Assembly: GCF_000018105.1 (NCBI RefSeq)
Contig: NC_009925.1
Coordinates: 3,420,001-3,452,000 of the forward strand
Direction: 5' to 3'
DNA from: Acaryochloris marina MBIC11017
GTDB taxonomy: Bacteria > Cyanobacteriota > Cyanobacteriia > Thermosynechococcales > Thermosynechococcaceae
DNA length: 32,000 nucleotides
In this document: one piece after another, positions 25,238 through 32,000 of the stretch
Position numbering within the stretch: position 1 is the stretch's first letter
How the letters are laid out: each line of letters begins with the position of its first letter
Notes under the pieces: model-generated
Database searches by the model: none
Seen by the model: the letters and a program-made list of their open reading frames with translations, nothing else
What the model was told of the DNA's origin: nothing
Program-made: the position numbers and the translations under genes

Positions 25238-26218
25238 GTGCAACGTGCTTCATTGATGGGCATCTTAGGTGCCGGACTCGTCATTACAATTTTGCTGTCC
25301 TTAGGCCAAGGCTCCGTGGATATGGGCCTGCAAGAAGTCTGGCAAGCCCTGTGGCACCAAGGACCTGAACTGAATCAAACCATCTTATGGGACCTGAGAT
25401 TGCCTCGGATTGCTGCTGCGCTGTTGGTGGGATCTGCCTTGGGAATGTCGGGTGCCTTATTGCAAGGAATGCTACGAAACGGTCTGGCCGATCCGTTTAT
25501 CCTAGGGATTTCGGCAGGGGCTGGTTTGGTTGCGATCGCACTTCTCACCCTCAATATCTTCTTAAGCTGGTTGCCCGTCGCTGCCTGGGTTGGCGCTGTT
25601 TTGACCTCGGCGTTAGTCTATCGTTTAGGCCACACTGCCAACGGGATTGCGGTGGAACGTTTGGTCTTAGGTGGGGTTGCGGTTAGCTCTTTATTAGGTG
25701 CAGTACAAACCACCCTACTCTTGTTGTCTGATGATGGTCGGATTCAAGCCGCTCTTAATTGGCTGATTGGCAGTTTAAATGGACGAGGCTGGACAGAAGT
25801 GGTGAATGCTGGTCCCTATATTGGCGGTGCGCTGATTGCAGGCTGTTTGCTGTCCCGCAATATCAATATCCTCAATTTGGGAGATGAGCTAGCGGTGGGT
25901 TTGGGGGTATCGTTGACGCGATCGCGCCTCTTAATCGGTGGGATCGCTACCCTATTAGCCGCCAGTGCTGTGAGCATGGCTGGATTAATTGGCTTTGTTG
26001 GTTTAGTCGTCCCCCATGGTGTCCGCCTCTTAGTGGGCACGGACTATCGCTGGGTCGTTCCTTTGTCTGCTCTTGGCGGGGCCTGGGTGTTGATTTTAGC
26101 CGATCTGCTGGCTCGGTTAGGAGCCGTTGAACTGCCTGTAGGTGCAGTCACTGCTCTTTTAGGTTCTCCTCTGTTTATCTGGCTGCTGTATCGTCGTATA
26201 TCTCCGTTAGGAGTGTGA
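25238..26218 (+). CDS. FecCD/BtuC family ABC transporter permease
   Basis: 326 aa with about 9-10 TM segments. Family motifs are LRLPRIAAALLVGSALGMSGALLQGMLRNGLADPFILGIS and GLIGFVGLVVPH. Start is GTG 25238, or ATG 25256 as an alternative. Confidence 0.93.
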   Translation: MQRASLMGILGAGLVITILLSLGQGSVDMGLQEVWQALWHQGPELNQTILWDLRLPRIAAALLVGSALGMSGALLQGMLRNGLADPFILGISAGAGLVAIALLTLNIFLSWLPVAAWVGAVLTSALVYRLGHTANGIAVERLVLGGVAVSSLLGAVQTTLLLLSDDGRIQAALNWLIGSLNGRGWTEVVNAGPYIGGALIAGCLLSRNINILNLGDELAVGLGVSLTRSRLLIGGIATLLAASAVSMAGLIGFVGLVVPHGVRLLVGTDYRWVVPLSALGGAWVLILADLLARLGAVELPVGAVTALLGSPLFIWLLYRRISPLGV

Positions 26219-27033
26219 CCATGCTCCTAGACCTTCAAAAAATTAGCGGTGGATATGACCAAACCAGCATTGTTAAAGATGTTGCGTTTACCCTGCAGGA
26301 GGGCGAGTGGCTGAGTTTATTGGGGGCGAATGGCTCCGGGAAATCGACCTTATTAAAACTGATCAGCCGCATGTTGCCCCTGCAAGCAGGCACGATTCTT
26401 CTAGATGGCAAAGCGATTCAACAGCAATCCACCCAGGCCGTCGCCCAACAGATGGCCGTCTTGCCCCAGCACCAAACGCTACCTGCAGGGCTAACCGTTC
26501 ACCAACTGGTCTGTTTAGGCCGGACCCCTTATCAATCCTGGTGGCAATGGTCCCTAACACCCACAGATCATGAGCACATTAAACGAGCCTTGGCTCAAAC
26601 TGGGATGTTGTCATTTCGCAACCGCCCCCTGGAAAACTTATCAGGTGGCGAACGCCAGCGAGCTTTTTTAGCCTTGGCTTTAGCTCAAAATCCCAAAGTC
26701 TTGCTGCTGGATGAGCCTACGACTTTTTTAGATTTACACCATCAGCTCGAATTACTGGAGCTTCTGAAATCCCTCAATCAAGACCGAGGACTGACGATTC
26801 TGACCGTTCTCCATGATGTCAATCTCGCGGTCCGCTATAGTGCCCGCCTAGCGCTACTGAAACAAGGACAACTCTTTGATTTGGGTGTTCCCCAACAAGT
26901 GCTCACCCCCCATAATCTCGCTCAAGTTTTTGGCATCACCGCTGCCCTAATGGATAGCCCCGTGGGCTTACAAATCTGTGCCATCCGCGCAGCCGATACA
27001 CCTGTTCCTTCAACCGTTCCTTCCCATGACTAA
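26215..27033 (+). CDS. ABC transporter ATP-binding protein (FecE/FhuC/BtuD type)
   Basis: Walker A GANGSGKST, signature LSGGERQR and Walker B LLLDEPT are all present. The start overlaps the permease stop (GTGA); ATG 26221 is an alternative. Confidence 0.95.
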   Translation: MTMLLDLQKISGGYDQTSIVKDVAFTLQEGEWLSLLGANGSGKSTLLKLISRMLPLQAGTILLDGKAIQQQSTQAVAQQMAVLPQHQTLPAGLTVHQLVCLGRTPYQSWWQWSLTPTDHEHIKRALAQTGMLSFRNRPLENLSGGERQRAFLALALAQNPKVLLLDEPTTFLDLHHQLELLELLKSLNQDRGLTILTVLHDVNLAVRYSARLALLKQGQLFDLGVPQQVLTPHNLAQVFGITAALMDSPVGLQICAIRAADTPVPSTVPSHD

Positions 27034-27904
27034 CCGTTCTAAGCTGCTCCTAGCCGCACTACTCCTCAGTAGCCAACTGTTCGCTTGTTCAAACCCACAG
27101 CCCTCTGCCAATAGCGATCAGCCCCTGACGGCAGATGCCACAACCAACGAATCAGTAAAGGTCGTGGCCTTGACTTCCCTCACAGCCGATATTATTCATC
27201 ACCTGGATGACACCAAGCTGGTGGGCATTCCGGGTAGTCGATTAATTGGAACCGACCAGCGGTTTCAAGATCTCCCCCAAGTCAGTCAAGGACGAACCGC
27301 CCCTGATTTAGAAAAAATTGTTGCCCTCAAGCCGACGCTGGTGATTGGTGCGAGAGGGTTTCATGATCAGCCCCTTAGCAAAGTGGAGGATTTGGGCATT
27401 GCTACATTGACGACGGAAGTCAAAGGCTGGCAGGATTTAATCACGTTAACGGAAGAGATAGCAGACCAAATTGGAGCCGACCCTGCCTCTTTATTAGCTC
27501 GCTATCAAAAATGTCTCAACAAGCTGCCTTCAGAATCAGCCTCAACCTTGGTGCTAGTCAGTCGACAACCGATCTTGGCCCCCAACAAAAATAGCTGGGC
27601 TGGAGATCTGCTCCAGCAATTTAAGGCCAAAAACCTAGCAGCAGATCTACAAGGCCAAAGCCCGGTGGAAGGCTATGTCACCCTTTCGGCGGAAAAGGTA
27701 CTGGAGGCAGATCCCGATATTGTCCTGGTGGTGGACCCAGAGCAAGATCCCGTGGCGGCCTTTGAGGCTGAACCGTTTTGGAGCAAGCTGAAGGCGACGC
27801 AGAATAAGCGGGTGCATGCCTTCGATTATTACGGCCTGGTTAATCCCGGCAGTATTAGCAAGATTGAAGCGGCCTGCACCCAACTGCAAGAGATTTTGCA
27901 GTGA
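27026..27904 (+). CDS. Periplasmic substrate-binding lipoprotein, BtuF/HmuT-like
   Basis: The ATG at 27026 gives MTNRSKLLLAALLLSSQLFAC, with a lipobox. VVALTSLTADIIHHL...LEKIVALKPTLVIGA is typical of the Peripla_BP_2 fold. It overlaps the ATPase stop by 8 nt. It is clearly distinct from the four FecB-like paralogs. Confidence 0.88.
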   Translation: MTNRSKLLLAALLLSSQLFACSNPQPSANSDQPLTADATTNESVKVVALTSLTADIIHHLDDTKLVGIPGSRLIGTDQRFQDLPQVSQGRTAPDLEKIVALKPTLVIGARGFHDQPLSKVEDLGIATLTTEVKGWQDLITLTEEIADQIGADPASLLARYQKCLNKLPSESASTLVLVSRQPILAPNKNSWAGDLLQQFKAKNLAADLQGQSPVEGYVTLSAEKVLEADPDIVLVVDPEQDPVAAFEAEPFWSKLKATQNKRVHAFDYYGLVNPGSISKIEAACTQLQEILQ

Positions 27905-27999
27905 GAACACCGTACTGAACGCTGCGATCGCAACCCTAATCCGGCAAGAGACAACCTGCTATGCCAGTAATGATGTTCGCTTTGCCAAAATTCTATAGA

Positions 28000-28038
28000 C
28001 ACTTATTGCAATCAATTGATTTTATTTCTCAATAAGTG
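28000..28038. promoter_or_regulatory. Nested inverted repeats, candidate operator overlapping a promoter
   Basis: The 9-bp arms CACTTATTG and CAATAAGTG (28000-28008 and 28030-28038) flank a perfect 12-bp palindrome AATCAATTGATT (28010-28021). The palindrome overlaps a TTGATT -35-like hexamer. An extended -10 TGATATGGT lies at 28037-28045. Confidence 0.4.
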
Positions 28039-28088
28039 ATATGGTATCGATTGAAATTTACGACCACCTGAGGTCCTTTACGATCAAA

Positions 28089-28128
28089 AGCTGTGGGGGA
28101 TACAACAGCTCTATTTGATTTTTTTTCT
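28089..28128 (+). terminator. Weak terminator-like hairpin plus T-run
   Basis: AGCTGT-(10 nt)-ACAGCT is followed by CTATTTGATTTTTTTT. The stem is only 6 bp and there is a 9-nt gap before the T8 run. Confidence 0.3.
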
Positions 28129-28138
28129 TCTTGGCTAT

Positions 28139-28153
28139 CTTAAATAAATTTCA
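28139..28153. promoter_or_regulatory. Fur-like half-site overlapping the -35 position of a TATACT promoter before the imelysin gene
   Basis: CTTAAATAAATTTCA matches the AraC1 box TGAGAATAAATCTCA at 10/15 positions (10/11 in the right part). A TATACT -10 lies at 28160-28165, about 78 nt upstream of the ATG at 28243. Confidence 0.3.
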
Positions 28154-28242
28154 CTTACATATACTGAACTGTTGCAAGTATATGGAGTGTTTTTGCACCT
28201 TGTCTGCAATTCATTTGCAGTGTCGTACTGATTACAGAGCCC

Positions 28243-29460
28243 ATGATGATTTCTCCAAGACTTTCTCAAACCCTGAGTTGTTTGCTTTGCTGTTCCGTCA
28301 CCTTGTCGACCGTTGGTGTCGTCAACGCCCATCACCACGACAAGACGGGTCGTCAGCAGACCATCGCTGCGAAAAATGTTGATCTCACACCCTATGTAGA
28401 GAACTATGCAGAGGTCGTCTTTCGTAATTATCAGGATGCTCGTACCCAAGCGGCCATGATGCAGGTGGCAATCACAGCCTTTTTGGATAATCCGAATGAA
28501 ACGTCTCATAAGGCTGCTCAAGACGCCTGGGTACAAGCGAGACAGAGCTATCTCCAAACAGAAGCCTTTCGTTTCTATGAAGGCCCCATTGACTTTGTGG
28601 ATGCCAAAACTGGAGAAGAAGGCCCTGAAGGTCGAATCAATGCTTGGCCGATGAATGAAGCCTTTATTGACTACGTCAAAGAAAAGCCTGACAGCGGTCT
28701 AATCAACAATCCCAAATTTGAGATTTCCATCGCTGCCATTATGGAAAATGACCAAGTCACGGATGAAGCGGATGTGACTACAGGCTGGCATGCGATTGAA
28801 TTCTTACTATGGGGCCAAGACTTCAATAATGAAGGTCCGGGACAGCGTAGCTTCGAAGACTTTATTCCTAACCAAAACAACAATGATCGTCGTCGCCAAT
28901 ACTTAACCCTAGTGACTGAACAGCTGGTGAGTGATTTAACCTTCCTAGAAACAGAATGGAAGCCCAATGCTGAGAATTATCGGGCTAAGTTTCTGAAGGG
29001 CGATCCCAAAGCCACTGTAGGCAAAATTTTCACAGCACTGGCCACCTTAAGCGCTTTTGAAATGGCGTCGGAGCGGATGACGGTTGCCTTAGATAGTGGG
29101 AATCAAGAAGACGAGCACTCTTGTTTTAGTGACACCACCTACCAAGACTTTGTCTTTAATGCCAAAGGTATTAGTAATGTCTATTTTGGTGACTATGCAG
29201 GATATCAAGGCAAAGGCTTTGATGAGCTGCTGGCGCAAATGAATCCTGATCTGAACCAGAAAATAACGGCAGCCCTCACTACAACCGAAGAATCAGCTTC
29301 TCAAATCGATCAACCCTTTGATCAAGTTCTCGCTTCTGCTCAGGGCAGTCCTCAGCGAGCTGAAGTTGAAGCAGTGGTCACTGCTTTAGAGAACCAGGGA
29401 GAGGCTTTTAAAGAACTAGGCCCAGTACTCGGTACCTCTGTAGAAATCTTGGCAGAATGA
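28243..29460 (+). CDS. irpA: Imelysin-family / iron-regulated protein A-like periplasmic protein
   Basis: 405 aa with a signal peptide. The imelysin GxHxxE motif is present as TGWHAIEFLLWGQD (28783-28800). Confidence 0.88.
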   Translation: MMISPRLSQTLSCLLCCSVTLSTVGVVNAHHHDKTGRQQTIAAKNVDLTPYVENYAEVVFRNYQDARTQAAMMQVAITAFLDNPNETSHKAAQDAWVQARQSYLQTEAFRFYEGPIDFVDAKTGEEGPEGRINAWPMNEAFIDYVKEKPDSGLINNPKFEISIAAIMENDQVTDEADVTTGWHAIEFLLWGQDFNNEGPGQRSFEDFIPNQNNNDRRRQYLTLVTEQLVSDLTFLETEWKPNAENYRAKFLKGDPKATVGKIFTALATLSAFEMASERMTVALDSGNQEDEHSCFSDTTYQDFVFNAKGISNVYFGDYAGYQGKGFDELLAQMNPDLNQKITAALTTTEESASQIDQPFDQVLASAQGSPQRAEVEAVVTALENQGEAFKELGPVLGTSVEILAE

Positions 29461-30875
29461 AGTTTAAACGCCTATTCCTGATCGTCTGGGCTGTTTTCAC
29501 AGCCCTGATGATTTTGGTGGTTCAGGGTGGAGTAACTTCTCAAGAAGCCTTCTCCCCTGACAATCGCACCGAACTGTCTGGTGGTGCTGCCGCAACGGTG
29601 AGTAAAGCCACCAAAACGGCCTTTGCCCAACCGATTAAAAACCTGGATCGGAAGCGAAGGCGGGTTTTTGTCTTTGGCGATCACCTGTTCAATACCCAAT
29701 GGGTGCAGGCTCCTAGTTCAGTAGCAACCCTGGATGGATTAGGGCCGCTCTTTAATCGGAATTCTTGTGCCGGGTGTCATGTACGGGATGGCAGAGGTCG
29801 TCCACCTTTGCCCCATGAAGACCGCATGTTATCCAAACTGATTCGGCTTAGTATTCCGGGTCAAACGGAAGAAGGAGGGCCTCTCCCTCATCCCTTGTAT
29901 GGTGGACAGCTCCAAGAGCAAGGAATACTAGGAGTCCCTTCTGAAGGCCGCACTCAAATCACCTGGAAAGAGGAACCCGGCACTTTTGCGGATGGTAAAC
30001 CGTTTAGTGTGCGACAGCCTAGCTATCAGTTCACAGATTTGGCCTATGGACCCCTAGGGGATGAAGTCTTATTCTCGCCCCGCGTCGCGCCAGCTGTGTT
30101 TGGCCTGGGTTTGTTAGAGACGGTTCCCAAAGCAGAGATTTTAAAACAAGCGGATCCGGAAGATCAAGATGGCGATGGTATTTCAGGTCGCCCCAATTAT
30201 GTTTGGGATTTTGCCAAGCAAGAAAAACAATTAGGAATTTTGGGCTGGAAAGCCAATCAACCTAATTTAAAACAGCAAATTGCAGGGGCCTTTAATGGGG
30301 ATATTGGTCTCACCACCTCCCTGTTCCCTAAACCCAGCTGTAATGAAGGCCAAGCGGATTGTCTAAAAGAGCTCAAATTTGGTGAACAGCCGGAAGTCAG
30401 CGACGTATTTTTGGATAAAATTACCACCTATATGCGTTTGCTGGCGGTGCCTGCCAGACGCAATCTTGAAGGTGTCTCAGAACAACGGGGTGAAAAGCTG
30501 TTTTACCAAGCGCAATGTGCCAGTTGCCACACACCCAAGCTAGTGACGGGCCAGACCTCGGAGCATCCAGAATTCAACAATCAGGTGATTTATCCTTATA
30601 CGGACTTGCTGCTCCATGATATGGGGTCAGGGTTAACCGATAATCGTCCCGACTTCGAAGCCGAAGGGCAAGAATGGCGCACACCACCCTTGTGGGGAAT
30701 TGGCTTAGTTAAAAACGTCAATAAGCATACGTTTTTCCTCCATGATGGTCGGGCGCGGGACTTGATGGAGGCGGTTCTCTGGCATGGAGGAGAAGCCCAA
30801 GCGTCGAAGGAGGCGGTTCTTCAGTTGTCTGAACCGGAGCGGACTGACCTGATGGCCTTTTTGCAATCTCTCTAG
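29457..30875 (+). CDS. DUF1111 di-haem cytochrome c / peroxidase-like oxidoreductase
   Basis: 472 aa with an N-terminal signal/anchor. There are two CxxCH haem-binding motifs: CAGCH (29766-29780) and CASCH (30516-30530). A 4-nt ATGA overlap links it to the imelysin gene. Confidence 0.9.
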   Translation: MKFKRLFLIVWAVFTALMILVVQGGVTSQEAFSPDNRTELSGGAAATVSKATKTAFAQPIKNLDRKRRRVFVFGDHLFNTQWVQAPSSVATLDGLGPLFNRNSCAGCHVRDGRGRPPLPHEDRMLSKLIRLSIPGQTEEGGPLPHPLYGGQLQEQGILGVPSEGRTQITWKEEPGTFADGKPFSVRQPSYQFTDLAYGPLGDEVLFSPRVAPAVFGLGLLETVPKAEILKQADPEDQDGDGISGRPNYVWDFAKQEKQLGILGWKANQPNLKQQIAGAFNGDIGLTTSLFPKPSCNEGQADCLKELKFGEQPEVSDVFLDKITTYMRLLAVPARRNLEGVSEQRGEKLFYQAQCASCHTPKLVTGQTSEHPEFNNQVIYPYTDLLLHDMGSGLTDNRPDFEAEGQEWRTPPLWGIGLVKNVNKHTFFLHDGRARDLMEAVLWHGGEAQASKEAVLQLSEPERTDLMAFLQSL

Positions 30876-30894
30876 TCCTCTTCCATCCATTTCT

Positions 30895-30936
30895 AGCCCA
30901 CAAGCGTTACTAACGCTTGTGGGCTGCCGCTTTTTT
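30895..30936 (+). terminator. Rho-independent terminator of the imelysin/DUF1111 operon
   Basis: A 14-bp perfect stem pairs AGCCCACAAGCGTT with AACGCTTGTGGGCT around a 3-nt centre. It is followed by GCCGC and TTTTTT, 20 nt after the stop codon. Confidence 0.85.
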
Positions 30937-31200
30937 GGCCAGCAGTGCTTTGCCGAAAAAAGATAGGGGGATGTAAAAATCTGGTGTTTGCAATAGCGCC
31001 ATTTGAGGCTAGAAAGTTCTATTTTTTTCTACTTACTCTGAGCCAAATTTCTACTTAAGTTGACCTAGTTTTAGACTGACATGCTTGCCATCATATTGAA
31101 CACTAACTTTGGGGGAAATGCAGGTCTCATTTGCCGAAATATGACTACTAGAGCCCCAAAAGGCTTGCTTATCTCAAGTTAGTTTATTGGATATAAGCCT

Positions 31201-31785
31201 ATGACTGCTGTGCACGCTACTTCGTTCAGCCCCACGCAGGATTGTTTACAACTCAAGCCCAAACAAGTGATTCCCGATGAGTCTGCAGGATATCTGTGGT
31301 GTATTGAGCAAGGTGTTGTTCGTACGGTCACTTGGGATGATGAAGGGGATTTAGTCACTTTAGGACTATGGGGGGTTGGAGATTGTATTGGGCAACGCTT
31401 TACCAGCATGGCCCCCTTTCAAATGGAAAGTGTCAGTGATGTTCAAGTGCGAGCGGTTCCAGTCTCCAGTCAAGAGCTGGGATTAGTACTGCGATCGCAT
31501 ATTCGTTTCATGGAGGATCTCTTCCTCATTAATAGCTATAAACTCGCTCCCCAGCGCCTGCTTCATTTCTTAACCTGGTTGAGCCATCGATTTGGTCAGC
31601 CGGTGGAGCAAGGGCAACTCCTGGATATTGGCCTGACCCATCAACTGATTGCTGAGCTTACCGGGATTAATCGAATTACGGCCACGCGCTTACTGAATGA
31701 ATTGGAACGAGAGGGACAGTTGATCCGACTTCCTAAGCAACGAATTATTTTATCGTCTACAGGTTTGGGCAGAGCCCTGGGCTGA
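31201..31785 (+). CDS. Crp/Fnr family transcriptional regulator
   Basis: 194 aa. It has an N-terminal cNMP-binding-like beta-roll and a C-terminal HTH (LTHQLIAELTGINRITATRLLNELEREGQL). Confidence 0.9.
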   Translation: MTAVHATSFSPTQDCLQLKPKQVIPDESAGYLWCIEQGVVRTVTWDDEGDLVTLGLWGVGDCIGQRFTSMAPFQMESVSDVQVRAVPVSSQELGLVLRSHIRFMEDLFLINSYKLAPQRLLHFLTWLSHRFGQPVEQGQLLDIGLTHQLIAELTGINRITATRLLNELEREGQLIRLPKQRIILSSTGLGRALG

Positions 31786-32000
31786 ATTAAAAGTTTGATA
31801 AGGATTGAGCCTCGCAACTAATCTGGCCACTGGTTTGCTGATCTCAGTCTTTGAATCATTCCAGAATTTATGCTTTGACGTCCAACTGTTCATTTTGTAT
31901 GCCAATTTTCAAGTTGTTTCAATGCCCCTATAAAATTCATCGCTATACCGTATGTGACAGTCCCCCCAACTTTGTGATTAATGTGATGGAGAATCGAACG

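Larger units (their letters stand above)
145..31498. repeat. Dispersed HIP1 octamers (GCGATCGC), at least 15 copies
   Basis: Copies start at 145, 553, 2423, 5730, 8142, 10865, 12331, 12868, 13400, 17447, 20255, 25532, 25919, 27924 and 31491, found by reading the sequence. About 0.5 would be expected by chance in 32 kb. Confidence 0.9.

Noticed and set aside
31786-32000. Possible gene start at the extreme right edge (ATGGAGAATCGAACG at about 31986)
   Set aside because: Only five codons are visible, which cannot support a call.

Overview
The window looks cyanobacterial. I counted at least 15 copies of the HIP1 octamer GCGATCGC by eye, against about 0.5 expected by chance. It is almost entirely an iron-acquisition island. 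On the minus strand there are three paralogous cassettes. Each has a FhuA-type TonB-dependent receptor (TBDR) with a roughly 150-aa N-terminal extension, translationally coupled to a FecB/FhuD-like substrate-binding lipoprotein (SBP). The cassettes are interleaved with three PchR-like AraC regulators, an EntS-like MFS transporter and a divergently oriented SAM methyltransferase. A fourth, different TBDR has FRAP/NPNL-like boxes and is tightly coupled to the third AraC gene. To the right lie a Dps gene, exbB-exbD, a divergent atypical TonB-like gene, a BtuCDF/HmuUVT-like ABC importer (one permease, one ATPase, one SBP), an imelysin (IrpA-like) plus DUF1111 di-haem pair, and a Crp/Fnr regulator. 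A VapBC-like toxin-antitoxin pair sits between two iron operons. I saw no rRNA, tRNA, CRISPR array, transposase or siderophore biosynthesis gene. The most interesting unexplained signals are non-coding. A 21-bp-phased direct repeat sits over the -35 region of two TBDR promoters and is a candidate AraC/PchR box. A recurring TGAGAAT-type 7-1-7 Fur-like operator appears in several promoters. A possible operator-controlled short transcription unit lies upstream of the imelysin gene. The TonB-like protein also stands out, because its TonB_C-like domain is followed by a 171-aa Pro/Ala repeat tail. The gene content resembles what I recall of the Synechocystis PCC 6803 iron island, but this is not verified by alignment. 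All calls come from reading the sequence and ORF track; no database search was possible.
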